Of a stretch of 64,000 nucleotides of DNA, positions 48,111 through 64,000 are shown in pieces. Within the stretch, counting starts at the first letter, position 1; each line of letters starts with the position of its first letter. The translations under genes were made by a program, and so were the position numbers. The DNA comes from Eledone cirrhosa (taxonomy: Eukaryota): contig OZ024743.1 of the NCBI GenBank assembly GCA_964016885.1, positions 29,326,001 through 29,390,000 on the forward strand, given 5' to 3'. The notes below the pieces were generated by a model that saw only the letters and a list, made by a program, of their open reading frames with translations, searched no databases and was not told where the DNA came from.

Positions 48111-48794
48111 GATAAATCTACCAAAAGTTTACGGTAGTGTCCAATCCGTATGAAGAACTCAATGTAATCAGGATATCATGGAAAGAAGAGATGCATTCAA
48201 AAATCACTTTCGGTGAAAGATAAACGGAATACAGATTCAAGATAAAATATTAAAAAAATAATGAATAAAACAAAGAAACAGTTCCTTATATTAAACAAAA
48301 AAAGTTCAGGACGTTTCTAGGACATATATGTGTTAGAATTGGCATGCACATTCAATAGATCTATGTACAAAATTATACAAACTATGAAGGAGAATATACA
48401 TACCATCACATATATATGCTGTCTTCAGAAATAATGAAGTATATTTATTGATAATAACAACAATTCAAAATTACAGGTCTGTTTGGGAACAGATTTTAAT
48501 TAGACCAATGAAATACATAAAAATTCATCAAGAAAATACAGTTAGGTGTGTATATATATGTAAGTAACTTCGTTCACAGATATGCATAAAAATGTATGTT
48601 CACATGCATACGCATGTCGAAAAAGTGTATGTAAATATAAAAATTTAGGGCTAATGTCTCTGTATGTTTATAATCCACAGACAAAATATACATACATATA
48701 CATATATATATACATACATATATACACACATATACATACATTCATACATACACACGCATATATACATAAACACACACATACCTACGAACACTCA

Positions 48795-48826
<32 letters not shown>

Positions 48827-49218
48827 TACGTATATATTATTATTATAACTATATGGATATTGAGGCGCACACATAAACACGGCCACAAACACTTACATTT
48901 AGATGCAGAATTAAAAGGAGGTAAGGGAGTAAGTAATTAAAGGAGAGTGTCAAACTCAGCATATTTATAAAAATGTATCTATAAAGTTAGAAATAAAAAG
49001 AAATATAATAAAAGAAATATAATAAAAACATAAAAAAACATAAAAGAGAGACATAAAATATACATGCTTATATATATACGCACATTTACACATCCATACG
49101 TTCGATACATACATACGTACATACTCACACATACACATACTTAACCTCACGCATATTAACCTGTTTGTATGCATATACATAAAAACAAGTAAAACATATA
49201 CTCATACATATAAATACA

Positions 49219-50184
<966 letters not shown>

Positions 50185-51410
50185 AAACTAGAGAATAAAT
50201 TCCAAACCTGGAAGCAGGGACTAGAGAGAAAGGGCCTCAAAGTCAACATGACAAAGACTAAGGTCCTTGTAAGTAGACGAGAAAACAGAACCCAGATCCC
50301 CTCAGGGAAATGGCCTTGCTCAGTATGTAGGAAAGGTGTAGGTAGAAACTCCATTCTCTGCCCCAAATGCAAACAATGGGTACACAAGAGATGTAGCGGG
50401 ATCTCAGGAAGCTTAATTAAGAATGTAGGATTCACATGCAGCAGCTGTGCTGAAACAGCAAGCAAACAGCCACAGGAAACAAGTACCACCAATCTCTGGG
50501 AGGGCCCTGTAGAAACAGTAGACAGCTTCTGCTACCTAGGTGACCGAATTAGCAACGGAGGTGGGTGCTCAGAAAGTACAATAACTAGGGTAAGAACGGG
50601 ATGGAAGAAGTTTAGGGAACTACTACCACTGCTAGCTGCAAAAGGCTTCTCCCTCAGAATGAAAGGCAGACTGTATGATGCGTGTATCCGAACAACGATG
50701 TTGCATGGTAGTGAGACCTGGGCGCTGAAGGTGGAAGACTCACGTAGATTAGAGAGAAACGAAGCCTGCATGCTCCGATGGATGTGTAACAGTAATATAC
50801 GTGAACGACAAAGCATAAAGGAATTGAGAGAGAGACTGAGCATAAGAGGAATCAAATGCTGCGTGCAGGAGAGGCGGTTACGCTGGTATGGACATGTGAT
50901 GCGTATGAAGGATGACAGCTGCATAAAAAGGTGCAGAGCACTAGAAGTTGATGGAAACCGCGGAGTGGGGAGACCCAAGATGACTTGGGATGAGGTGATA
51001 AAAGCCGACCTTACCCAACTACACCTCTCAAAGTCAATGACACACGACCGTGACTTCTGGCGTCACGCAGTAATACAGGGTACCCGACCTCCCATGGGTA
51101 CATGCTGAAGCATATAAACAATATGCCCCCCCCTCCACCGCAAGGTGGCCGTGGAGGTGCCACGGCAAAAAAGCACCCAGCCCACACTGTAAAGTGGACG
51201 TGTAGGCGCCACGAAAAAGCACCCAGCACTCACTGTAAATGAGGTTGGTGTTAGGAAGGGCATCCAGCTGTAGAAATCAAGCCAGATCAGTTCCTGTATG
51301 AGCAAGGCATGGTCAGCCGACCAGACACTGCCCACAACAGGACAACCCGTCTAACCCATGCTAGCGTGGAAGAACGGACCTAAAACGGTGATGATGATGA
51401 TGATGATGAT
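50185..51410 (+). mobile_element. 5'-truncated RTE-clade LINE (ORF C-terminus 50185-51108 with Cys/His finger, (GAT)n tail)
   Basis: [56 protein letters not shown]; tail AACGGACCTAAAACGGT(GAT)n. Confidence 0.92.
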
Positions 51411-51412
51411 AA

Positions 51413-51461
<49 letters not shown>

Positions 51462-51522
51462 CATACATATATATATACATACATATATATATATATATAT
51501 ACATACATACATATATATATAT

Positions 51523-51577
<55 letters not shown>

Positions 51578-51598
51578 CATACATATATATATATATAC

Positions 51599-51629
<31 letters not shown>

Positions 51630-51674
51630 CATACATACATATATATATATATACATACATATATATATATATAT

Positions 51675-51771
<97 letters not shown>

Positions 51772-51792
51772 CATACATATATATATATATAC

Positions 51793-51829
<37 letters not shown>

Positions 51830-51869
51830 CATACATACATAGATATATATATATACATATATATATATA

Positions 51870-52092
51870 TAGGAACCAGTAAGACCCCGACAGCTGAGCT
51901 CAAGCCGTTTCGACGGCTAATTCTGGACTCAAGCCGTTTCGACGGCTAATTCTGTCCAGAATTAGCCGTCGAAACGGCTTGAGCTCAGCTGTCGGGGTCT
52001 TACTGGTTCCTATTACCCACTCTACTACCTCAAGTATTGAGTACTTTGGTGCGTTATGGTCCACCTGGTTCCTTACCACATTTCCTTCGTTA
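51870..52092 (+). mobile_element. Second copy of the 45084 fold-back mini-element, opposite orientation
   Basis: Same arms and termini; the centre differs and carries a ~30-bp re-copied piece. Confidence 0.8.
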
Positions 52093-52230
52093 TATATATA
52101 TATATATATATACATACATACATATATATATACATACATACATATATATATATATATACATACATATATATATATATATACATACATATATATATATATA
52201 TACATACATATATATATATATATACATACA

Positions 52231-52840
52231 TGTTGGCTGCCAACTCGTTTTCGAGTACGGCCACTACTTTATATCATGTAGGAGAACCGCTACGGATGCG
52301 CTGAACGAGTGTGACCCCCTAGTCCAGCCAGCGACTTGAAAACTCTGGCACAAACACCACACTTCTGACAACCACCGACACACAGTGCCGGGCCCATGGC
52401 ACCACCCGACGACAAGCGCAGAGAGATCTCCAGATATAAATCAATGCCTGTGCCGTGAAGCTTTTATAGTGAGCAAAGGCACTGCACAAAGCCAGTCCCA
52501 CTCTCTTAACCAAGATGATATGTACCAAAAAGAAGAACAAGTCAACATCATTGGATACCATCAGGGTTGCAGGTGTAATATCAGAGTTTTCCTTCTCCTA
52601 GAATTCTGCCTTGACAAAGGCTAAGGGGTCATCTCTCCCGGTGATTTTGGATGGCCATTGACTCTTAAGATCTCCTTTGCCCTTTGACAGGTTTTGTTTT
52701 TAGTCCTGCAGGATGTCCAAAGTCACCCTCCTCACCAAGAAACCGTGGTGGCGTTGCCAGTCTAGTCGCCAACGACCCGACCATGAGACAGGTTGTACTG
52801 GGATACATGTTACCAGTAGCACCAACTGGTGACCTGACAT
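52231..52840 (-). mobile_element. Bipartite RTE-derived short element (5' UTR + 3' end), full-length copy 1
   Basis: The 3' ~190 bp matches RTE 26490-26690; the middle matches the RTE 5' UTR at ~62000-62220. Confidence 0.85.
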
Positions 52841-52873
52841 ATACATACATATATATATATATATAAATATATA

Positions 52874-53193
52874 TGGTGGCTGCCAACTCGTTTTCGAGTA
52901 CAGCCACTACTTTATATCCATGTAGGAGAACCCCTACCGATGCGCTAAACGAGTGTGACCTTTTAGTCCAGCCTGAAACATGAAAACTCCGGTACAAACA
53001 GTACACTTGTGACAATTATTGACACATAGTGCTAGGCCCATGGTACCATGTGACGACAAGTGCAGAGAGATCTCCAGATATAAAGCAATGCCTGTGCCGT
53101 GAAGCTTTTATAGTGATATAATACCATAAACCCTGATGGTATCCAATGATGTTGACTTGTACTTCTTTTTGATAAATATCATCTTGGTTAAGA
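52874..53193 (-). mobile_element. Bipartite element copy 2, 5'-truncated with 5' inversion
   Basis: 52874-53116 is minus strand; 53128-53193 is upstream element sequence in + orientation. Confidence 0.8.
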
Positions 53194-53284
53194 TATATAT
53201 ATATATATATATGCATACATATATATATATACATACATACATACATATATATATACATACATACATACATACATATATATATAC

Positions 53285-53319
<35 letters not shown>

Positions 53320-53494
53320 CATACATACATATATATATATACATACATACATATATACATACATATATATATATATATACATACATATATATATATATAC
53401 ATACATACATATATATATATATATACATACATACATATATATATATACATACATACATATATATATATATATACATACATACATATATATATAT

Positions 53495-53525
<31 letters not shown>

Positions 53526-53542
53526 CATACATACATATATAT

Positions 53543-53573
<31 letters not shown>

Positions 53574-53576
53574 CAC

Positions 53577-53613
<37 letters not shown>

Positions 53614-53700
53614 CATACATACATATATATATACATACATACATATATATATATATATACATACATACATACATATATATATATATACATACATACATAC

Positions 53701-53813
<113 letters not shown>

Positions 53814-53835
53814 CATACATATATATATATATACA

Positions 53836-54447
53836 TGGTGGCTGCTAACTCGTTTTCGAGTACGGCCACTACTTTATATCCATTTTGGAGAACCCCTACC
53901 GATGCGCTGAACGAGTGTGACTTTTTAGTCCAGCCAGCGACTTGAAAACTCTGGTACGAACACTACACTTGTGACAATTATTGACACATAGTGCTGGGCC
54001 CATGGTACCATGTGAGGACAAGTGCAGAGAGATCTCCAGATATAAAGCAATGCCTGTGCCGTGAAGCTTTTATAGTTAGCAAAGGCACTGCACAAAGCCA
54101 GTCCCACTCTCTTAACCAAGATGATATTTACCAAAAAGAAGAACAAGTCAACATCATTGGATACCATCAGGGTTGCAGGTGTTTATATCAGAGTTTTCCT
54201 TCTCCTAGAATTCTGCCTTGACAAAGGCTAAGAGGTCATCTCTCCCGGTGATTTTGGATGGCCATTGACTCTTAAGATCTCCTTTGCCCTTTGACAGGTT
54301 TTGTTTTTAGTCCTGCAGGATGTCCAAAGTCACCCTCCTCACCAAGAAACCTTGGTGGGGTTGCCAGTTTAGTCGCCAACGACCCGACCATGACACAGGT
54401 TGTACTGGGATACATGTTACCAGTAGCACCAACTGGTGACCTGACAT
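53836..54447 (-). mobile_element. Bipartite element copy 3, full length
   Basis: Same termini as copy 1. Confidence 0.85.
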
Positions 54448-54740
54448 ATGTCTCGACATATGCCTGGTTTTCGTATGTATGTATGTATATATATGTATGT
54501 ATGTATGTATGTATATGTATGTATGTATATAGACGTACATACATACATACATACATATATATATATATACATACATACATATATATACATACATACATAC
54601 ATATATATATATATATAAATATACATACATACATACGTATATATATATATATACATACATATATATATATACATACATACATATATATATATACACATAC
54701 ATACTTATATATATATATATACATACATATATATATATAT

Positions 54741-54865
<125 letters not shown>

Positions 54866-54917
54866 CATACATATATATATATATACATACATACATACAT
54901 ACATATATATCTACATA

Positions 54918-55320
54918 TGGTGACTGCCAACTCGTTTTCGAGTACGGCCACTACTTTATATCCATGTAGGAGAACCCCTACCGATGCGCTGAACGAGCGT
55001 GACTTTTTAGTCCAGCCTGCGACATGAAAACTCTGGTACAAACACTACACTTGTAACAATTATTGACACATAGTGCTGGGCCCATTGTACCCTGTGATGA
55101 CAAGTGCAGAGAGATCTGGAGATATAAAGCAATGCCTGTGCCGTGAAGCTTTTATAGTGAGCAAAGGCACTGCACAAAGCCAGTACTACTCTCTTAACCA
55201 AGATGATATTTACCAAAAAGAAGAACAAGTCAACATCATTGGATACCATCAGGGTTGCAGGTGTTATATCAGAGTTTTCCTTGTCCTAGAATTCTGCCTT
55301 GACAAAGGCTAAGCGGTCAT
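54918..55320 (-). mobile_element. Bipartite element copy 4, 5'-truncated
   Basis: Homology ends at AAGCGGTCAT. Confidence 0.85.
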
Positions 55321-55330
55321 ATATACATAC

Positions 55331-55373
<43 letters not shown>

Positions 55374-55554
55374 CATACATATATATATATACATACATAT
55401 ATATATATATACATACATATATATATATATATACATACATACATAGATATATATATGTATATATATATATATACATACATACATATATATATATATATAC
55501 ATACATATATATATATATATACATACATATATATATATATATACATATATACAG

Positions 55555-55617
<63 letters not shown>

Positions 55618-55638
55618 CATACATACATACATATATAT

Positions 55639-55751
<113 letters not shown>

Positions 55752-55753
55752 CA

Positions 55754-57545
<1,792 letters not shown>

Positions 57546-57564
57546 CTATGTCACACATAGAGCG

Positions 57565-57745
57565 GCTAGAATTCAAATTTTGCTAAGAGAAGAAAACAGT
57601 CAAATGAACTAGATACATCTCACTGTCCCCACCACCACAATAACTTCTACACCCTCTCCCCACCATCACATGTCATTACCATACCATACCCTATCGAGAC
57701 TAAAGTCATCGACCTGTTGTCAAACTCTCTACTCTCTGTTGAATG
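57565..57745 (-). repeat. Inverted copy of 63075-63258
   Basis: GCTAGAATTCAAATTTTGCTAAGAG...CTCTCTGTTGAATG is the reverse complement of 63078-63258 with few substitutions. Confidence 0.9.
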
Positions 57746-57777
57746 TATATATATATATATATATATACATACATACA

Positions 57778-57823
<46 letters not shown>

Positions 57824-57910
57824 CATACATACATACATACATATATATATATATATACATACATACACACATATATATATATATATATATACACACATAC
57901 ATATATATAT

Positions 57911-58177
57911 ATGATGGCTGCCCTCTCGTTATCGAGTATGGCCATTGCACGAGAAAAAAAAAAAAAGAAAAAAAAAGAAATATATATATATATATATACA
58001 TACACACATATATACATACACACATACATACACATACACTTACACATATACACACACATACATTAATAACAATAATAATAATAATAATAATAATAATAGC
58101 AATAATAATAATAACGACAACAACAATAATAATATACATATTCATATATATATACACACACACGCACGCACATAAGC

Positions 58178-58231
<54 letters not shown>

Positions 58232-61200
58232 TAGCAACTAACAGTGCTGCGATCGAATGTGGCTTTTTAGCCCAGCCAATGATTTAAAATGTCTTGCACA
58301 GAGTCGGCAACCAAAACATTCACTGGGAATAGTCGGCTGTGGTTGGAGTTCGTGTACTTTTGCATGTCGCTTGAGCCCTCCTGCTGATTTACATTCTCTA
58401 CCACATGTTTGGCAAGCATGATGAGTAGCATCTCCAACAGCAGCCTGGTAGTCAACCACTGGTCTTACTTTATGACAGCGAAGATGACTTTCGAGTCCAG
58501 CTTTGCTTAGGCAGAGTCTCGCACAGACGCTGCATGTCAGCACCATAGGAGGACCCTCGCCGTCTGGAAGTGCAACAGCAATGCCCTTCCTCACGTCCCG
58601 CTTTACTTTCTCGTGTGCGATTCGAGATGCCTCAATGGCAACTTTTCCCTCATATACAGTCTTTCTCCATTTATTACGATCAGCAGCAATATTTTCCCAT
58701 GTATCAGCAGAGATGTTAGCGTCTTTCAGAGAGGCTTTCAAGGAATCCTTATACCTCTTTTTTGGTTTATGTGGCGGTCGTTTTCCTTTAACCAACTCTC
58801 CATAGAAGAGTTGTTTTGGTATTCTAGAATCCTTCATCCTGGCAAGGTGACCACTCCAACGGAGTCGTTGCTTAAGCACAAGAGCTTCTATACTGTCACA
58901 CATAGAGCTTTCCAAAATCTCGACATCACTGATGTGGTCCCTCCAGTGAACGCCATGGATCCGTCTGAGACACATCTGATGGAAACGCTCCTTAAGGTGA
59001 CGTCGATATGTGACCCAGGTCTCGCAGGCATAAATAAGACAAGAGAGTACACATGCCCTGTACACCTTTACCTTTGTCCTCCTGCATATGTCTCGCCACC
59101 CCAGAGTCGCCTTTCTAGCTTTCCGAAAGCATCACTTGCTTTCCTAATCCTAAGTGAGATTTCACTGTCAAGGTTGCCGTATCGATTGACAGTGCTTCCC
59201 AGGTAGACAAACTGATCAACCACTCCAAGTCGTTTGCCATACACATAGATGTTTGGTTCAGTGTACTGCTTACTAGGGGCAGGTTGGTACATGACGACGG
59301 TTTTCTTGAGACTGACAGTCAAACCCAGGGCAGAGCAAGCGTCAGAAAATGCATTCAAAATGTGCTGCATATCACTCTCTGTGTGCGCTACAAGATCGCA
59401 ATCATCTGCATACAAGAGGTCTCTTATGACTGATGTAAATACTTTTGTCTTCGCAGCAAAGCGCCTGATGTTAAATATGCTGCCTGAGGTTCGATATCGG
59501 ATGTAAACACCATGCTCGCAATTCCTGAAACAATACAGAAAACCATTGCAAAGTATATGGCAAACAGGGTCGGTGCTGGAATATCCCCCTGTTTCACTCC
59601 ATTTTTTACTGAGATAGGCTCCGACATGTTACCTCCGACATTAACCCAAGCCTTCATGTCGTCATGGAAAGACCTAACTAAAGCAAGGAACTTATCAGGG
59701 CAACCAAGTTTCTGGAGAACCTTCCATAATGCATCTCTGTTGACAGTATCGAAAGCCTTTGTCAGATCGACAAAAACCTGATACAGATCCAAGCCTTGTT
59801 CAATGCACTTCTCCTGGAGCTGTCTAGCTGTGAAGATCATATCAGTAGTGCCGCGTCCAGCACGAAAACCAGATTGACTTTCAGGAAGGACACAATCTGC
59901 AATGTGTGTCAGCAGACGGTCCAGAAGCACCCTACATAAAACTTTCCCTACGACAGAAAGCCATGATATACCTCTGTAGTTCCCTCAATCATTCCTGTTA
60001 CCCTTTCCCTTGTACAAGACCACCATTACTGCATCTCTCCAGTCCTCAGGCACAGATTCATTAGCCCATATCCTCCAAACAAAGAGTGAAGATGTTGCAG
60101 GAGTCTCTCACCACCATATTGTAGGAGCTCAGCATGTATGCCATCCATACCTGGAGATCTTCCACTGTTCAGCTTCGAAATAGCCACTGCAACCTCCACA
60201 AGCGTCGGAGGTTCTGCGAGAGCTACTTTCACAGGACTTTCCGGAATGAGATTGAGGAAATCTTCACTGACGACAGACGGCTGATTCAAAAGATCATGAA
60301 AGTGCTCTCGTCACCTTCGTAGAATTCCCTGTGAGTCACGAAGAAGTTCTTGGCCATCCTTGCTGCGAAGCGGTGTCACCAGAGAAGAAGACGGTCCATA
60401 AACCTCACACAAGAGACTGTACAACAGCTTTGTGTTATTGCAATCAGACGCAGTTTGTATCTCACCAGCCTTCTCACTCCACCACTGATCCTTCATCTGA
60501 GAAAGACTCCGCCTAACACGTGATTTTACATCCCTGAGCTCCTCATGCAACGTATTCCTCTCCTGTGGTTTTGCCGTCAAGTAGCGTGACAGAGCACGCC
60601 TCTTATCAGCCAACAAGTCTTCTATATGTACATCATTCTCATTAAACCAGTCCTGATGTTTTCTCTGCACCAATCCCAGAACACGTCTGCCTACATCATA
60701 CACCGACTTTTTAAGGGTCGGCCAATCCTCACCAAGATCTGCAGCCTGCATCTCTTCTTCCAATGTCCTCTTCACATTTTTATCCTTAAGACGAGCAGCA
60801 TTCAATCTTTTGGGCAGGGTAACACCAGGAGCCCGGATTTTACGTTTGGTGATTAGATTCACTTTTGCGCGTACCAGGCGGTGGTCCGTCCAGCACTCAG
60901 CTCCACGAAGAACACGAACACACTGCACATCCTGTCTGTCACGCATCCTGACTAGGACGTAGTCCAAAAGATGCCATTCCTTAGATGCAGGATGCATCCA
61001 TATGGTCTTGAATTTGTTCTTTTGTTGGAACATGGTGTTGGTAACACACAGATCCAGCTCCTCACGCATCTGCAGCAAGAGCATACCATTGCTGTTACAC
61101 TTTCCCACCCCATGCCTTCCGATTACATTCCATGTGTTAAAATCCCTACCCACTCTAGCATTAAAGTCACCAAGCACGATGACTTTGTCTGCCTGAGGGA

Positions 61201-61825
61201 TATTTCTTAGAACACCTTTCAAGGCATGGTAAAAGGACAGTTTTTCTTCATCGACAGAATTCATAGTTGGAGCATACACACTCACCAGGGTAACATATCT
61301 TCCCTTGTCCAGCGGAACTCTCATGGACATAAGACGCTCACTAATCCCTACTGGGAATTCTTCTAATTTATTCACAAGTACAGTCTTAACAGCAAATCCT
61401 ACCCCAGCCTCTCTTCTGGTTCCTTCATCTCTTCCTTTCCAGAAGAATGTATATTCTCCACAAAATTCCGTAAGATGACCATCTCCAGCTAACCTCGTCT
61501 CAGATAAAGCCACGATGTCAAGATCGTAACGTCGAAGCTCCTTTGCAACAAGAGCGGTCCTTCGTTCAGGACGCTCCAAAGAATCCCTGTCAAGCAGCGT
61601 CCGTACGTTCCAGCAGCCAAGACTAAATGCCCTGTTTGGCTCTATTACAATGGCACGATGACGGGCCGGCCCAGGTTGTGATAACTTGGGGCCCCTGCCC
61701 TTATTGCCAATGATCTTTTTTGTTCCAGAACCTAAATTGGCAATTATCTCGTTTACATTGTTCTGGAACATCATTGAATTTAAAAAAAAAAAAAAAAAAA
61801 AAAAGTAATAATAATAGTAATAATA

Positions 61826-61856
<31 letters not shown>

Positions 61857-62260
61857 TAGTACACTATCTGAGGCTGCAGGTAGTGGCTTGATATTCAATC
61901 CAACGGACTTTCCAGTTAACCAACATCAATGACTGAGATTCAAGGAATAACAATAACAATAATAATAGTACACTATTAATAATTATTAATGCACTCGTGC
62001 AATGCCTGTGCGTGACGAATATTTTTAAAGTGAGGAAAGACTGTGCACTGAACCAATCCCACTCTCTGAGCGACTAGCTATAACCCTAAAGAAGAAAAGA
62101 TCAACATCATCGGTAACTACTGAGCCGCAGGTTTTATATCGGAGTTAACCCAGTTTCCTGAGATGCCTTCTCCTAGAAGAATGCCCTGACAAGGGCTAGG
62201 GGTTCTTCACTCCCAGTGGTTTAACTGCGCGATCGGGCATCCAGCCCGATTATTTCTATG
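57911..62260 (-). pseudogene. Near full-length decayed RTE (BovB-like) LINE: 5' UTR, APE, RT, three C2H2 fingers, microsatellite-rich 3' UTR
   Basis: LGCWNVRTLLD, ALSETRL, LGDFNARVG, TDHRLV, FVDLTKAFDTV, GVKQGD, YADD, CSVC/CQTC/CRLC fingers. Stop at 60311 and several frameshifts; ORF spans ~58238-61775. Confidence 0.93.
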
Positions 62261-62404
62261 TCCCAGCGCAAAAAAAAAAAAAAAAAAAATCACTTATTGA
62301 CACTTATACGTACGAGATTCACACACTCGCATACATATGCGCGCACACAGCAACACTCATACATACAACAAACACACACACACGCTACTCTACTCACTTA
62401 CACG

Positions 62405-62445
<41 letters not shown>

Positions 62446-62736
62446 CCGTCATTACTGATACAAGATTACAAATTTATGTCAACTGTTGACTTTCAAGAGT
62501 TTGTATAGTTGAAGCCGATCCTATTACAGTCCAGTATTACTATAATTGCTTTACAGCATAGAGTTATGGCTCTCCACGGAGTCAACAAAAGAGAGTACCA
62601 GTGATGCGCTGGCCAGTCGCTGGATCCGTGCCAAAAGCAGAAAAATTATTATTAAAGTTGTTTTCTTAAGGCCAGGTCGCTGGTGATGGTGATGGCGGCG
62701 GCGGTGGTGGTGGTGGCAGTTGATGTTGTTGTTGTG

Positions 62737-62813
<77 letters not shown>

Positions 62814-63609
62814 GTTATTTTGAGTTTTTTTTTTCTTTTCTTTTTTTTTTTCCCGTCCCCTTTTCTTTTTTCTTTTCCCTTCCTTTTTAATGTTTTGATG
62901 CCGCTGTTGTTGTTGTTGTAATTGTTGTAAATGTTCATTTCAGTTCATTCTGAAGCTGTTGTTGCTGTAAACATTAGTGCCAGTGTTGTTGTTGTTGTAG
63001 ATGTTGGGGTTGAAATCTGGTTTTTGACTGAGTGATGTATATACACACATATACATACACACACATATATATATATACATTCAACAGAGAGTAGAGAGTT
63101 TGACAACAGGTCGATGACTTTAGTCTAGATAGGGTATGGTATGGTAATGACATGTGATGGTGGGGAGAGAGTGTAGCCGTTATTGTGGTGGTGGGGACAG
63201 TGAGATGTATCGAGTTCATTTGACCGTTTTCTTCTCTTAGCAAAATTTGAATTTTAGCCATGTTATATTGAGATGTAAGTAAATGTAAAATGTAAAATAT
63301 AAATAAGGATTGCTCTGCTAAAATATACTAAAATATTTGTGTAACTTCCACAAAATTCTGTCGTGTCATTCCCGAGTCCAGTGACCAAAAAATTGTTGTA
63401 TTTTGATGTTTCAGAATACAAAAAATAATTAAAAACTTACCCCACGAAAAGACAGCGTGTGTTGTCCTATCTATAAGCTACCTCATACATATATATATAC
63501 ATACATACATATATATACATACATATATACATACATACATATATATACATACATACTTATAAACATACATACATACATATATATATATACATACATACAT
63601 ACATACATT

Positions 63610-64000
63610 TTCAGCAATCACACTGACAATATCCACAATATTGCAGTGGAGAAAACTCTACTCTCTGATCATGACATGGTTCTCTGTGATCTGAGTTTCC
63701 ACCGTCCAATATACAAACCCAATGTCATTTCTCCTGTCCATCCGTTTGACGCTATGGATTTCCACAATGCAAACTGGGAAGCGATCAGTCATGATCTTGC
63801 ACATGTCGACTGGTCCTTCACGCACACTCATACACCCACTAACATCAAAAAGTCCTGGCAGACATTTGTGGACACTGTTACAAACATATGTGCTAAACAC
63901 ACCCCATTAAGAACTATAAACAAATCTAAGAGCAGAATCCCTAGAAATAGAAAAACACTCATCAGAAAAATTAAGAGAACGAACAAAAAAATCAACAAGC
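63610..64000 (+). mobile_element. 5'-truncated CR1-like LINE ORF2 fragment (APE C-terminus and linker), runs off the window
   Basis: Open frame FSNHTDNIHNIAVEKTLLSDHDMV..DFHNANWEAISHDLAHVDW..WQTFVDTVTNICAKHTP; begins at a TACA array. Confidence 0.75.

Noticed and set aside
48306-48432. Minus-strand CTGAAGA...GAAACGTC in the 48108-49224 insert
   Set aside because: Stem II is plausible but stem I does not pair; possibly a relic.

Overview
Eukaryotic, AT-rich repetitive DNA with no host gene I can support. The SINE and LINE-tail sequences and giant (TA)n arrays look octopod-cephalopod-like (recognition, not a database hit). Two nested retroelement clusters sit in (TA)n arrays (~0.3-18 kb and ~33.7-58 kb), separated by quieter sequence with old tRNA-type SINEs. 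Coding elements: one RTE LINE with an uninterrupted APE-RT ORF (3733-6675, -), four decayed or truncated RTE copies, two CR1-like fragments at the window edges, and four truncated Penelope-like elements (PLEs) of Naiad type (RT + C-terminal GIY-YIG). The most striking unexplained structure is a set of unrelated 0.14-1.8 kb non-coding inserts carrying minimal type-I hammerhead ribozymes. These often have a palindromic helix III and twice show a U3-A8 compensatory core. They sit in (TA)n as head-to-head (fold-back) and/or >1-unit tandem insertions, resembling PLE-mobilised retrozyme-like elements integrated by priming from both target strands. Also present: a near-perfect 6.3 x 617-bp array with a trimer periodicity, and five copies of a bipartite RTE-derived short element. 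The Tyr/Ile-rich ORFs in the track are microsatellite artefacts. All ribozyme folds were read by eye and are untested.
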